Assembly (NCBI GenBank): GCA_012512925.1
Contig: JAAZDE010000101.1
Coordinates: 7,326 to 71,325, forward strand
Reading direction: 5' to 3'
DNA: 64,000 nt
Source: Desulfuromonadaceae bacterium
Lineage (GTDB): Bacteria > Desulfobacterota > Desulfuromonadia > Desulfuromonadales > JAAYDE01
Both the position numbers and the translations under genes were made by a program. Below are positions 16,920-27,166 of this stretch, piece after piece (position 1 is the stretch's first letter; the number at the start of each line of letters is the position of its first letter). Under the pieces are notes generated by a model. The model saw nothing but the letters and a program-made list of their open reading frames with translations, made no database searches and was not told where the DNA came from.

Positions 16920-18617
16920 ATGACTCTTTCCCGAAAACCACCTTTTGCCGTCCCGTCGGCCACCGAATCGATCCGCATCCTCCCCCTGGGGGGGCTCGGC
17001 GAGATCGGCCTCAACATGATGGTCGTCGAATACCGGGACAAGATCCTCATCATCGACTGCGGTCTGATGTTCCCCGAGTCGAACATGATGGGGATCGACT
17101 ACGCCATTCCCGATGTCATCGCCCTGGCCGATCGCGGCAGTGACATTGTCGGACTGATCCTGACCCATGGCCACGAGGATCATATCGGCGCCGTTCCCTT
17201 TTTGCTGGAAAGACTCGGCAATCCCCCTGTCTTTGGCACTCCGTTGACGCTGGGCCTGCTGCAGGGCAAACTTGAAGAGCATGATCTGGAAAAACAGCCC
17301 GATTTGCGGCTTATCGATCCTGCCGTGCGGCTTCCTCTTCCCCCCTTTGAAGTGGAATTCTTCCGCGCTGCCCACTCCATCGTCGATGGCGTCGGTCTGG
17401 CTATCCGCACTCCCGCCGGCCTGGTGGTCCATACCGGCGATTTCAAACTCGACCCTTCTCCCCTCGATGGCCAGGGAACCGACCTCGAACGGCTCAGGCA
17501 ACTTGGCGATGAAGGGACGCTGCTGCTCTTCTCCGATTCGACCAACGTGGAAAGCCCCGGCCACACCCCTTCGGAGCGGGAGGTGGGGAAGATGTTCGCG
17601 GAGATTTTCCCCCGCTGCCGGGGATGGATCATGGTGGCTGCCTTCGCCTCCAACATCCACCGCATCCAGCAGGCAATCGATGCCGCCCGGGCCAACAACA
17701 GGCGGATCCTGATCACCGGCCGCAGCATGCAGATGGTCTGCCGGGTGGGCCGTGAACTTGGCTATCTCCATTTCCCGGATCACGCCCTGATCGGCCTCGA
17801 CGACCTCGGCTCGCTCCCCCGCGATCGGGTCTTCATCATCACCACCGGCAGCCAAGGGGAGTTCCGCAGCGTCCTGACGCGGGTGGCATTGGGGGAACAC
17901 AGGCAGCTTCGCCTCGAAAAAGGGGACGTGGTGATCCTCTCCTCAAAATTCATTCCCGGCAACGAGAAGAGCATCCACCACACCATCAACAACCTTTTCC
18001 GGCGCGGCGCCGAGGTCTATTACCAAACCATCCATCCCGTGCATGTCTCCGGCCATGCCGGCCGTGACGACCTGCTGGAGGTCATCTCACTGGTCCGCCC
18101 CCGTTTTTTCGTTCCCGTTCACGGTGAGTACCGTCACCTGGTTCAGCATGCACGGCTTGCCGGGAAAGCGGGATTGGCCCCGGAAAACACCCTGGTGATC
18201 GAGAACGGTCAGCCACTCACGGTCTCCTGGGAGGGATGCCGTCTGGAGGAGAGTGTCCATTCTGGAAGAACCCTGGTGGACGGCAAGGGGGTCGGCGACC
18301 TCGGCTTCGATCAGCTTCGCGACCGCCGCCAGCTGGCCCACCACGGCATGGTAGTGGTGCAGATCGTCCTCGAGGCGGGGGGAACCAGAATCCTCAACGG
18401 GCCTCAATTCCATACCCGCGGCTTTATTCCGCAAGAGGAAAAGGAGTATTATGACTTGGCCGGGGAGGTGATCCGGGACCTGCTGGCGGAGGGAAACGCC
18501 GATTTCATCGATGATCGGGATCTGCTGCGGGAAGAGATCCGGCGGCGCCTGCAGCGCTTTTTCAACCGCACCTTGCAGAAGAGGCCCATGGTTTTGCCGC
18601 TGGTCCTGGAAAAGTAG
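16920..18617 (+). CDS. rnj: Ribonuclease J (metallo-beta-lactamase/beta-CASP)
   Basis: IRILPLGGLGEIGLNMMVVEY, LTHGHEDHIGAVPFLL and HVSGHA motifs. 565 aa. Confidence 0.9.
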   Translation: MTLSRKPPFAVPSATESIRILPLGGLGEIGLNMMVVEYRDKILIIDCGLMFPESNMMGIDYAIPDVIALADRGSDIVGLILTHGHEDHIGAVPFLLERLGNPPVFGTPLTLGLLQGKLEEHDLEKQPDLRLIDPAVRLPLPPFEVEFFRAAHSIVDGVGLAIRTPAGLVVHTGDFKLDPSPLDGQGTDLERLRQLGDEGTLLLFSDSTNVESPGHTPSEREVGKMFAEIFPRCRGWIMVAAFASNIHRIQQAIDAARANNRRILITGRSMQMVCRVGRELGYLHFPDHALIGLDDLGSLPRDRVFIITTGSQGEFRSVLTRVALGEHRQLRLEKGDVVILSSKFIPGNEKSIHHTINNLFRRGAEVYYQTIHPVHVSGHAGRDDLLEVISLVRPRFFVPVHGEYRHLVQHARLAGKAGLAPENTLVIENGQPLTVSWEGCRLEESVHSGRTLVDGKGVGDLGFDQLRDRRQLAHHGMVVVQIVLEAGGTRILNGPQFHTRGFIPQEEKEYYDLAGEVIRDLLAEGNADFIDDRDLLREEIRRRLQRFFNRTLQKRPMVLPLVLEK

Positions 18618-18649
18618 ATCAGGGAGGTCATGATCCTGTGCCATCCGGT

Positions 18650-18678
18650 TTGACAACCCTCTTCCGGTCCACCATAAT
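18650..18678 (+). promoter_or_regulatory. Sigma-70 promoter for uppP
   Basis: TTGACA-17 nt-CATAAT, about 70 nt upstream of ATG 18751. Confidence 0.5.
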
Positions 18679-18750
18679 CCGGACAGTTTTCTTGGCCAAA
18701 CCCGGCCGTTAATTTTCACGCGGTTCAGATAATCGGAAACCATTTCTACC

Positions 18751-19542
18751 ATGTCGATCTTCCACGCTGTCCTGCTCGGTCTTCTCCAGGGGCTGACCGA
18801 ATTTTTCCCGGTCTCCTCCTCGGGGCATCTCGCTATCGTTCAACATTTTCTCCCCGGTTTCCAGCAGCCGGGTGTGCTCTTCGACGTCATGCTGCACATG
18901 GGGACCATGCTGGCGGTGATTCTCTATTTCCGCCGGGAGATACTGCGGTTGGCTATCTCGCCTTTTCGCCGTGATGAGGAATCCAGGATCTATCGACGTT
19001 TGTTGGCGCTGCTGATTCTCGGTTCGCTGCCGACGGCGGTCATCGGTTTGACCTTCAAGGATTTTTTCGTGTCCATGTTCGAAAATATCGCGGCTGTTGC
19101 CCTCATGCTGCTGGTGACCGGCCTCCTGCTGTTTCTTTCCGAGCGGCTGCGCCGCGACGGCCGGCGCGAGGACCGGCTGACCTGGTCTGATGCGGTTTTT
19201 GTGGGGATTGCCCAGGGGTGTGCGGTGATGCCCGGTATCTCCCGTTCCGGGGCGACCATTTCCACCCTTCTGATCAAGGGGGTCGAGGGGGAAACGGCGG
19301 CCCGTTTCTCCTTTCTGCTGGCCCTGCCGGCGGTATTCGGAGCCGGGCTGCTCTCCCTCAGGGATGCTTCGCAAGTGGCTGCGGCGGAGATTCCCGCCTA
19401 TTTCCTCGGCGCTGCGGCGGCTTTTGTGGTCGGCTTTTTTTCCATTCATTTCCTGCTTGGCGTGATCCGCCGACGGCGCCTGATCGGTTTCGCCGTCTAT
19501 TGCTGGCTGGTCGGCGGGGCCTTTCTGGTGGGCACCCTGTGA
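18751..19542 (+). CDS. uppP: Undecaprenyl-diphosphate phosphatase
   Basis: LLGLLQGLTEFFPVSSSGHL and PGISRSGATI are BacA/UppP motifs. Confidence 0.95.
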   Translation: MSIFHAVLLGLLQGLTEFFPVSSSGHLAIVQHFLPGFQQPGVLFDVMLHMGTMLAVILYFRREILRLAISPFRRDEESRIYRRLLALLILGSLPTAVIGLTFKDFFVSMFENIAAVALMLLVTGLLLFLSERLRRDGRREDRLTWSDAVFVGIAQGCAVMPGISRSGATISTLLIKGVEGETAARFSFLLALPAVFGAGLLSLRDASQVAAAEIPAYFLGAAAAFVVGFFSIHFLLGVIRRRRLIGFAVYCWLVGGAFLVGTL

Positions 19543-19562
19543 ACAGGAGCAAAAAGAGAGTC

Positions 19563-21875
19563 ATGGCCAAAGATGCAAAAACTGACGTAGGAACCGGTTC
19601 CGGTTTTCTCCTCTATCTGCGCAAGGAACTCTCGGCCCTGTTGTGGCTGGCGCTGAGCGCCTTTCTGTTCCTTATTCTGATAACCTTCGATGGACGCGAC
19701 CCTTCCTTCAATAACAATCTTCATCCCGAGCAGATCCGCAACGCGGGGGGCGTCATCGGCTCGCATCTATCCGATATCCTCTTTCAGGCTTTCGGCCTTG
19801 TCAGCTTCATCTTTCCCGGCGCCGCTCTTGTCGTCGGTTGGAAGCTGCTCCGGTTGCGCGATGTGGAACTTCGCTTTCACAAGATTTTCTCCCTGGGGAC
19901 GCTGATTTTCTCTCTCTGCGGCCTTATTTCCCTTCATCTCCGCGTCGTCAAGATTTACCAACTTTCCCTAAAGGAGGCGGGCGGTGCTTTCGGTCATCTG
20001 CTGGCCTCTTTGCTGGGCAAATACCTCAACACCACCGGGGCCCTGCTGGTGCTGGGGGTGCTTTTCCTGGCATCCTTTCTGGTCACTTTCCGTTTTTCCC
20101 TGCTCTGGTTCATGAAGAAGTGCAAGGAACGCTGGCTGCTGCGCCGACAGAGGCGAGAAGAAGAGCGGCAGGAGGAGGAACAACGGCGCAAGGAGGAGAA
20201 GGTTCTTTCGGTGGAGGAAAAACCGGTGCCTGTCGTTATTTCCGAGGCGCCGTTTCTCCTTCCCGAGGTCAAGGCGGAACCAGCTCCCGCGGCCAGAAAG
20301 AAGAAGTTGACGGCCGATACCTTCCCCGATTTCAGTGAAATCCCCGAGACGCCAGGAATCTATCATCCCCCCACTCTGACCCTGCTGGAGCACGAAGAGC
20401 CCAACACTCCTCCCCAGAGCCGGGAGGCCATGATGGAAAATGCCCGCCTGCTGGAGAATAAGCTGCTTGATTTCGGTGTCGAAGGGAAGGTAGTGGAGGT
20501 CAAGCCGGGGCCGGTGGTAACCATGTATGAGTTTCTTCCCGCCCCCGGTATCAAGGTGAACAAGATCGCCGGGTTGCAGGATGACCTGACCATGGCCCTG
20601 CGGGCGCTCTCCATCCGCATCGTGGCGCCGATTCCGGGGCGCGGCGTGGTTGGCATCGAGATTCCCAACCAGACCCGCGAAACGGTTTTTCTCAAGGATA
20701 TTCTCGAATCCGCAGAGTTCCAGAATTCCGACGGCAAGTTGTCGATGGCACTGGGCAAGGACATCTTCGGGCGAACCGTGGTCGCCGACCTGGCCCAGAT
20801 GCCCCATCTGCTGGTGGCTGGCGCTACCGGCAGCGGCAAGTCGGTCTCCATCAACACCATGATCCTGTCGCTTCTCTACCGGGCAGCACCCGAGGACGTG
20901 CGCTTCATCATGGTCGATCCCAAACGGCTCGAACTCTCCATCTACGAAGGGATACCCCATCTTCTGCTGCCGGTGGTCACCGATCCAAAAAAAGCGGGGC
21001 TGGCCTTGAACTGGGCGCTGCGGGAGATGGAACGCCGCTACCGGCTGCTGAGCGACAAGCAGGTGCGCAACATTGAAGGCTACAATAAAAAGATCGCCCT
21101 GGAGCCACCGGTCCCGGAGCCGCCGCCGGCCGAGGATGAGGAAATCTCTTTCCCCGAGATGGACGACAGCGGGCAGTTCCTCCTCCCGCCTCAGGGGGAA
21201 GACATACTGGTGCATGGACATCTCCCCTACATCGTCATCATGGTGGATGAGCTGGCCGATCTGATGATGGTGGCGGGACGCGAAATAGAGGAGTCGATCA
21301 CCCGGCTGGCCCAAATGGCCCGCGCCGCCGGAATTCATCTGATCCTCGCCACGCAGCGTCCCAGTGTTGACGTGATCACCGGTCTGATCAAGGCCAACTT
21401 TCCCACCCGCATCTCCTTCAAGGTGGTATCCCGCACCGATTCCCGCACCATCCTCGACATCATGGGGGCCGAATCGCTGCTCGGCAACGGCGATATGCTC
21501 TTCCGCCCCCCCGGCAGCAGCATCCTCAAGCGGATCCACGGGGCCTATGTGTCGGAGCGGGAGGTGGAACGGGTGGTCGCTTTCCTCAAGAAGCAGGGGG
21601 AACCGGAGTACGACGAATCGATCCTCAACGCCTACGAGAACGGCGGCGGCGATTCCTCCAGCGGCGACACTGAATATGACGAGAAGTGGGACGAGGCCTT
21701 GGCCCTGGTTGCCCGCACCCGGCAGGCCTCCATCTCCATGCTGCAGCGCCATCTGCGGGTCGGTTACAACCGGGCTGCGCGGATGATCGAGCAGATGGAA
21801 AAGGAGGGAATAATCGGTCCTTCCGATGGTACCAGCAAGCCCCGCGAGGTCTTTATCAATCCTGTCGAACCGTAA
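19563..21875 (+). CDS. ftsK: DNA translocase FtsK
   Basis: N-terminal TM helices, a charged linker, Walker A GATGSGKS, ATQRPSVDVITG and a C-terminal gamma (winged-helix) domain. The track start 19218 reads through uppP in another frame. Confidence 0.95.
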   Translation: MAKDAKTDVGTGSGFLLYLRKELSALLWLALSAFLFLILITFDGRDPSFNNNLHPEQIRNAGGVIGSHLSDILFQAFGLVSFIFPGAALVVGWKLLRLRDVELRFHKIFSLGTLIFSLCGLISLHLRVVKIYQLSLKEAGGAFGHLLASLLGKYLNTTGALLVLGVLFLASFLVTFRFSLLWFMKKCKERWLLRRQRREEERQEEEQRRKEEKVLSVEEKPVPVVISEAPFLLPEVKAEPAPAARKKKLTADTFPDFSEIPETPGIYHPPTLTLLEHEEPNTPPQSREAMMENARLLENKLLDFGVEGKVVEVKPGPVVTMYEFLPAPGIKVNKIAGLQDDLTMALRALSIRIVAPIPGRGVVGIEIPNQTRETVFLKDILESAEFQNSDGKLSMALGKDIFGRTVVADLAQMPHLLVAGATGSGKSVSINTMILSLLYRAAPEDVRFIMVDPKRLELSIYEGIPHLLLPVVTDPKKAGLALNWALREMERRYRLLSDKQVRNIEGYNKKIALEPPVPEPPPAEDEEISFPEMDDSGQFLLPPQGEDILVHGHLPYIVIMVDELADLMMVAGREIEESITRLAQMARAAGIHLILATQRPSVDVITGLIKANFPTRISFKVVSRTDSRTILDIMGAESLLGNGDMLFRPPGSSILKRIHGAYVSEREVERVVAFLKKQGEPEYDESILNAYENGGGDSSSGDTEYDEKWDEALALVARTRQASISMLQRHLRVGYNRAARMIEQMEKEGIIGPSDGTSKPREVFINPVEP

Positions 21876-21991
21876 AATGGCAGGGTTTGGTGACCGGTGA
21901 AAACCAGTAGAAAGTTGAAAGGGGAAAGTGGCCAGAAAAATGGGCAGTCCAGCGCACCGACAGAGCAAAGCCAAGAGGGAGGCACCATCTT

Positions 21992-22516
21992 ATGTCCCGG
22001 GATGAAAAGGAAAACGATCCATCCGAACCGAGCCGGTCGGCGCTCAAACGGGCCGCCAAGGCGGTGGAAGAACTGGCCGAGCAGCTCGCCGGGCTTCCCC
22101 CTTCCCAGCTAGCCCGTCTTGCTCTCCCGGAGGATGTGGCTGCGGAGTTGCGGCTGGTCGCCAAGGCGGCTGGCCACGGCGCCCGCAAGCGTCAGATCAA
22201 ACACCTGGCTGGATTGATGCGTCGCAACGAAGAGTGGACCGCCAAGCTTCAGGAACTTCTGGACAACAGCGATCAGGTTCGTTACGAGGATCAAAAGCGT
22301 TTCCACCGACTGGAATCGCTGCGCGACCGGCTCTGTGATCCTGAAATGTTTCAAGCGGCCATGGAGGAGATTGGCGGCACTTTCCCTGCCATCGACCGGG
22401 AGCTGCTGGCCCGCCTTGCCGGTTCGGTCCATTCCAGTCGCGACAAACGGGCCTTCCGCGAAATCTTCCGTCTGTTGAAGAACGCTACCGAAACCCCGGA
22501 ATCTTCTCCGGAGTAA
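21992..22516 (+). CDS. yjgA: Ribosome-associated protein YjgA/DarP (DUF615, UPF0307)
   Basis: PSRSALKRAAKAVEELAEQL...ARKRQIKHLAGLMR matches my recollection of the YjgA family. Confidence 0.75.
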   Translation: MSRDEKENDPSEPSRSALKRAAKAVEELAEQLAGLPPSQLARLALPEDVAAELRLVAKAAGHGARKRQIKHLAGLMRRNEEWTAKLQELLDNSDQVRYEDQKRFHRLESLRDRLCDPEMFQAAMEEIGGTFPAIDRELLARLAGSVHSSRDKRAFREIFRLLKNATETPESSPE

Positions 22517-22617
22517 CCTAAATCCGTTTCGCTCTCCCGGCACTTATCCCCCCGCCTTCTCTTCCTTGTGTTAGAATTTAGGCAGTTTTCTTCGCTCGAT
22601 GTCAACAAGGAGGAACC

Positions 22618-23463
22618 ATGTGGGAATATACGGAAAAAGTCATGGATCATTTCACCCACCCGCGCAATGTCGGCGAGGTGGACAATCCCGACGGTGTCGG
22701 CGAGGTCGGCTCGCTTGCCTGCGGCGATGCGCTGCGCCTGACCTTCAAGCTGGATGATCAGGGGCGCATCAAAGAAGCCAAGTTTCAGACCTTCGGCTGC
22801 GCCAGCGCCATCGCTTCTTCGTCGGTGCTGACCGAGATGATCAAAGGGAAGACCCTGGAGGAGGCGGCGCGGATCACCAACAAGGACATCGCCGAATATC
22901 TCGGCGGCCTTCCCGAGGAGAAGATGCACTGCTCGGTGATGGGTATGGAGGCGCTGGAGGCGGCCATTGCCAACTACCGCGGCGAAAAGGCCGAAAAACA
23001 GGATTACGAAATCGTCTGCAAATGTTTCGGCATCACCGACAAGGAGATCGAACGGGTCGCCCGCGAGAACAAGCTGACCACGGTGGCGGAGGTCACCCAC
23101 TACACCAAGGCCGGCGGCGGTTGTCAGGGATGCCATCCCAAGATCGAGGCGATTCTGAAAAACCTTTGGGCAAGCGGAAAAACTGAAAAAGAGCCGGAAA
23201 AACCTGCCGCGCCCAAAAAACTCAGCAACCTGCAAAAGATCCGCCTTATCGAGGAGACCCTGGAGCGGGAGGTGATTCCGCCGATGCGCGCCGATGGCGG
23301 CGATCTGGAGCTGATCGACATCGACGGCAACACCGTCTACGTGGCGCTGCGCGGCACCTGCTCCTTCTGCCCCATGTCCGACGTCACTCTGAAGAAGTAC
23401 GTCGAGGCCAAACTGAAGGAATTCGTCCACCCCGACATCGTCGTGGAGGAGGTGAAGCCATGA
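22618..23463 (+). CDS. nifU: Fe-S cluster assembly scaffold NifU (IscU-like N-domain, BFD-like 2Fe-2S, Nfu C-domain)
   Basis: GSLACGDALRL, FGCASAIASSS, the central CKCFGITD...GGGCQGCH, and C-terminal GTCSFCPMS. Confidence 0.95.
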   Translation: MWEYTEKVMDHFTHPRNVGEVDNPDGVGEVGSLACGDALRLTFKLDDQGRIKEAKFQTFGCASAIASSSVLTEMIKGKTLEEAARITNKDIAEYLGGLPEEKMHCSVMGMEALEAAIANYRGEKAEKQDYEIVCKCFGITDKEIERVARENKLTTVAEVTHYTKAGGGCQGCHPKIEAILKNLWASGKTEKEPEKPAAPKKLSNLQKIRLIEETLEREVIPPMRADGGDLELIDIDGNTVYVALRGTCSFCPMSDVTLKKYVEAKLKEFVHPDIVVEEVKP

Positions 23464-24674
23464 GGACGGTCTATCTCGACAACAACGCCACGACACGGAC
23501 GGCCCCCGAGGTGGTCGAGGCGATGCTCCCCTTTTTCAGCGAACGCTACGGCAATCCTTCCAGCATGCACTCCTTCGGCGGTAAGGTGGCCCGCCATCTT
23601 CAAGCGGCCCGGGAGCAGGTTGCGGCCCTGCTCAACGCCGATCCTGCGGAAATCCTTTTTACCAGCTGCGGCACCGAGAGCGACAATGCCGCCATCATGG
23701 GAACGCTCCATTCCTACCCCGAGAAAAAGCATTTCATCATGACCCGGGTGGAGCATCCGGCGGTGCTCAATGTCGGCCACTACCTGCGGGCCCGCGGCTA
23801 CCGTGTGACAGAAATGGGGGTGGACGGGGAAGGGCGGCTCGATCTCGAGGAACTCCGCCACGCCCTCGACGACGACACCGCCCTGGTCAGCATCATGACG
23901 GCCAACAACGAGACCGGTGTTCTTTTCCCCCTCGACGAGATCGCCAAAATGGTTAAGGAGCGCGGCATCCCCTTCCACACCGACGCCGTCCAGGCCGTCG
24001 GCAAAATTCCCATTGACATGAAGAAGACACCGGTGGACATGCTTTCCCTTTCCGGGCATAAACTGCATGCCCCCAAGGGGATCGGCGCCCTCTATATCCG
24101 CAAGGGGACCCGTTTCACTCCCTTTGTCATCGGCGGCCATCAGGAGTCAGGAAAGCGGGGCGGCACCGAAAATGTCCCCTACATCGTCGGCCTCGGCAAG
24201 GCGGCCGAACTGGCCATGAAGCACATGGATGAGGAAAACGGTCGGGTCAGGGCCCTTCGCGACCGGCTGGAGATGGAACTGCTGAGCAGAATCCCCAACG
24301 CCATTCGCAACGGGACCGACAAGGATCGTCTCCCCAACACCACCAGTATCAGTTTCGAATATGTGGAGGGGGAATCGATCCTGCTGATGATGGATGCCGT
24401 CGGCATCTGCGCTTCCTCGGGGTCGGCCTGTACCTCCGGGTCGCTGGAGCCGTCCCACGTGCTGCGCGCCATGGGGGTTCCCTTCACCGCCGCCCATGGT
24501 TCGATCCGCTTCAGCCTCAGCATCTACAATACCGAAGCCGATGTGGACCACGTCATCACCCACCTGCCGCCGATCATCGAGCGAATCCGCGATATTTCCC
24601 CCTTCTGGAAGGATTACCAGGCCGGCAAGCCGTTGTCGGCGATGATGGCAGGAGAACACGCACACCATCATTGA
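23460..24674 (+). CDS. nifS: Cysteine desulfurase NifS (PLP-dependent)
   Basis: YLDNNATT, the SGHKLHAPKGIGALY PLP lysine motif, and the active-site loop SSGSACTSG. The ATG overlaps the nifU stop (ATGA). Confidence 0.95.
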   Translation: MRTVYLDNNATTRTAPEVVEAMLPFFSERYGNPSSMHSFGGKVARHLQAAREQVAALLNADPAEILFTSCGTESDNAAIMGTLHSYPEKKHFIMTRVEHPAVLNVGHYLRARGYRVTEMGVDGEGRLDLEELRHALDDDTALVSIMTANNETGVLFPLDEIAKMVKERGIPFHTDAVQAVGKIPIDMKKTPVDMLSLSGHKLHAPKGIGALYIRKGTRFTPFVIGGHQESGKRGGTENVPYIVGLGKAAELAMKHMDEENGRVRALRDRLEMELLSRIPNAIRNGTDKDRLPNTTSISFEYVEGESILLMMDAVGICASSGSACTSGSLEPSHVLRAMGVPFTAAHGSIRFSLSIYNTEADVDHVITHLPPIIERIRDISPFWKDYQAGKPLSAMMAGEHAHHH

Positions 24675-24690
24675 TCTGTTGGCGGTGACG

Positions 24691-24714
24691 GCAGGGAGTG
24701 ATTTCACTCCCTGC
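24691..24714. terminator. Hairpin at the convergent nifS/helicase junction (no T-run)
   Basis: GCAGGGAGTGA-tt-TCACTCCCTGC is a perfect 11-nt inverted repeat that includes the helicase stop codon. There is no flanking U-tract, so terminator function is uncertain. Confidence 0.3.
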
Positions 24715-27166
24715 CGCGGAGATGGGCGAGGACAAGTCTGATCTCGCCGTAAGAGCAGTCATCGCCGAGGGCGAGCTTCAGTTCCTTGAGAGAAGATCGC
24801 GGCGCGCGGTGAATGGCCTTCGCGAGCTTTTGCCGTTTCTCGTCTGCCACCAGAGCCTCGATTTTCAATTCGCCGTTTTCCACGAAAAAGGCCAGATGGG
24901 TCTCGATGGTGGAGACTGCCAAGCCCCGCCGACGGGCGATCTCGGGGATGTCCAGCCCCTGTTCCAGCAACTCCAGGCTCGCTCTTTTGGTGTCCTGTTT
25001 CTTGGCTGCGGGCCGGCTGGTCGCGTCTGAGCTTTCCGTCCGCCCGGGACCAAGTGGCGGAATCACCTCGGTGATACCTTTGGTGGCGCGGTAGTCGGCA
25101 ACAATTGTGACCAGTTCCTCTCCGTAGCGTTCTGCCAGCCGCGAGCCGATCCCCTTGATCTTTTTCAGTTCCGCAAGGGTGTCGGGCAACAGCACGGCGA
25201 TCTGCACCAGCGTCTTCTGGTGCAGTACCTGATAGGCCGGTACATCATCTTCGGCCGCTTTCCGCTTACGCCACTCCTTAAGACTTTGGAACAACTGCGG
25301 ATGACCGACATCCGTCTCCGAGTAGGTCACCGGAGATTTTTTCTGCGGCGGTTTTTGATTCTCGATGGCGACGGCGGAGATGGCGCGCAGGTAGCGGCAG
25401 GGGGAGAAGCCGCCGTCGCAGGATTGCACGGCGGCCCGTTTCACTGTCGCTTCCTCGCTCAGATGTTTGAGGGTATCGCGGCACCTTTTGCGGATCTCTT
25501 TGTTGTCCGTATCGATCTCGGCACCGGCCAGAACGTCAATCAGAATGGCCTCGATTTTTCCCTTGAAATAATCGGCAGCCTTGGCGAGACGTTCCAGAAT
25601 CGCCGGATCCTGCGTGGGGGCGACGGTCTCGCGGAAGAGTCCCCGCAGTTGGCGTTGGAAATTGTCGCCGACGGCACAGATCTCCTCAACTGCGGTTTTC
25701 GACATTTTTTCCGAATCGACGCCGGCAATCCGGAGCAGACCGGTGTTCAGCTCCACGATCAAAGTCAGACGGCCGAGCAGGGCGCGCAGTCTGCCGAAAT
25801 CGAAGCAGTCCAGGAGCAGCTGCTGCTGATAGCGGATTTTGGCCGACTCCAGGAGGGCCGGGGAGGGAGCCCTGTTCTGCGGCCGGCGGGCGAAGCGCTG
25901 TACCAAGGGATCGGTCTGGATGGCGGGTTCGGAGAGGGGCGAGCTGAGCACCATCCCTTCGAGAGTGCGACATCGACTCAGAGCCACGTAGACCTGGCCG
26001 TGGGCGAAGGCGGCCTGGGCATCGATGATGGCCTTGTCAAAGGTGAGCCCCTGGCTCTTGTGGATGGTAATGGCCCAGGCGAGTCTGAGAGGATACTGGA
26101 CGAAGGTGCCGATGATCTTCTCGGAGATCTGGGCGGTTTGGGGATCAACCCGGTATTCGATGTTTTCCCAGGTGCTTCTGCCGATCTCGATGGCCTCCGC
26201 ATCGCCGGGACAGCGTACCGTGATGGTGTCGCCGCCAATCCGGGTAACAGCGCCGATTTTACCGTTGAAGTAACGTTTCTCCGGGGTGCTGTCATTGCGC
26301 AGGAACATCACCTGTGCCCCGACCTTCAACTCCAGAGTGGCGGCGGTCGGATAGATGGTGTCGGGAAAATCCCCCGTCACCTCGGCATCGAAACGGCGAA
26401 CCGGAGTGTTCAGGATGGCCAGCTTCGAAGCGTTGAGGGCGTTGGCGCCATGATTGTGGGTACAGAGGGTGATATACCCTTCCTCCTCCGTGGGTGAGAA
26501 ATCCGGGAGATAGCGGCCGTTGAGCCGTTGCAGGGTGGAAGCATCGAGGTCGTTGTCCCGCACCCGATTGAGCAACTCAATGAAACGCTGGTCGGCCTGA
26601 CGGTAGATATGCCGAAGTTCTACGGGAATCACCTCGGTCCTGGCCAGCGCTGTGCTGCTGAAAAAATAGGGGGACTCGTAATAGGGCTGCAGAATCTGCC
26701 AGTCGCTCTCCTTGACCACCGGGGGAAGTTGATGCAGATCGCCGATCATCAGCAGCTGCACGCCGCCGAAGGGGAGCTGGGAGCGGCGGTATCGGCGCAG
26801 GATGCTGTCCACGCAATCGAGCAGATCGGCGCGCACCATGCTGATTTCGTCGATGACCAGCAGGTCGAGGCTGGCGATGATATTTTTCTTCTCTCTGCCG
26901 AGGTGATGCTGACGAAGGTAGGATTCGTTGCCGGGGACGAAAGGACCGAAGGGGATCTGGAAAAAAGAATGCAGAGTCACCCCGCCGGCATGGATGGCTG
27001 CCACCCCGGTGGGCGCCGTGACCACCAGCCGTTTTTGGGTTTGCATTTTTATCCTGTGCAAAAAGGTGGTCTTGCCGGTACCGGCCTTGCCGGTCAGGAA
27101 CAGATGGCAGTTGGTGTACTGGACAAATTCTTCGGCGAGTTGGAGGTCGGGATTGGGTAGGGACAT
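24704..27166 (-). CDS. PIF1/RecD-like superfamily-1 helicase with HRDC domain and C-terminal helix-turn-helix
   Basis: Walker A GKAGTGKTT, LLVIDEISMV, an HRDC-like segment (VPAYQVLHQKTLVQIAVLLPDTLAELKKIKGIGSRLAERYG) and a C-terminal HTH (IPEIARRRGLAVSTIETHL). Confidence 0.85.
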   Translation of the reverse strand: MSLPNPDLQLAEEFVQYTNCHLFLTGKAGTGKTTFLHRIKMQTQKRLVVTAPTGVAAIHAGGVTLHSFFQIPFGPFVPGNESYLRQHHLGREKKNIIASLDLLVIDEISMVRADLLDCVDSILRRYRRSQLPFGGVQLLMIGDLHQLPPVVKESDWQILQPYYESPYFFSSTALARTEVIPVELRHIYRQADQRFIELLNRVRDNDLDASTLQRLNGRYLPDFSPTEEEGYITLCTHNHGANALNASKLAILNTPVRRFDAEVTGDFPDTIYPTAATLELKVGAQVMFLRNDSTPEKRYFNGKIGAVTRIGGDTITVRCPGDAEAIEIGRSTWENIEYRVDPQTAQISEKIIGTFVQYPLRLAWAITIHKSQGLTFDKAIIDAQAAFAHGQVYVALSRCRTLEGMVLSSPLSEPAIQTDPLVQRFARRPQNRAPSPALLESAKIRYQQQLLLDCFDFGRLRALLGRLTLIVELNTGLLRIAGVDSEKMSKTAVEEICAVGDNFQRQLRGLFRETVAPTQDPAILERLAKAADYFKGKIEAILIDVLAGAEIDTDNKEIRKRCRDTLKHLSEEATVKRAAVQSCDGGFSPCRYLRAISAVAIENQKPPQKKSPVTYSETDVGHPQLFQSLKEWRKRKAAEDDVPAYQVLHQKTLVQIAVLLPDTLAELKKIKGIGSRLAERYGEELVTIVADYRATKGITEVIPPLGPGRTESSDATSRPAAKKQDTKRASLELLEQGLDIPEIARRRGLAVSTIETHLAFFVENGELKIEALVADEKRQKLAKAIHRAPRSSLKELKLALGDDCSYGEIRLVLAHLRGRE

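Noticed and set aside
19968-21974. 668-aa ORF antisense to ftsK. Similar long antisense or alternative-frame ORFs occur elsewhere: 51491-53902 opposite PFOR, 11728-12975 opposite rimO, 9257-10630 opposite lon/thiL, 33085-34476 opposite polA, 29829-31484 opposite purA, 36482-37612 opposite glgP, 25220-26497 opposite the helicase, 40959-42026 opposite pgl, and 22351-23496 opposite nifU.
   Set aside because: Their translations are low-complexity and rich in Arg, Gly, Pro and Ala, with no recognisable motifs. Each fully overlaps a gene with strong family signatures on the other strand. GC-rich genomes produce stop-poor antisense frames. There is no RBS-backed start and no independent evidence.
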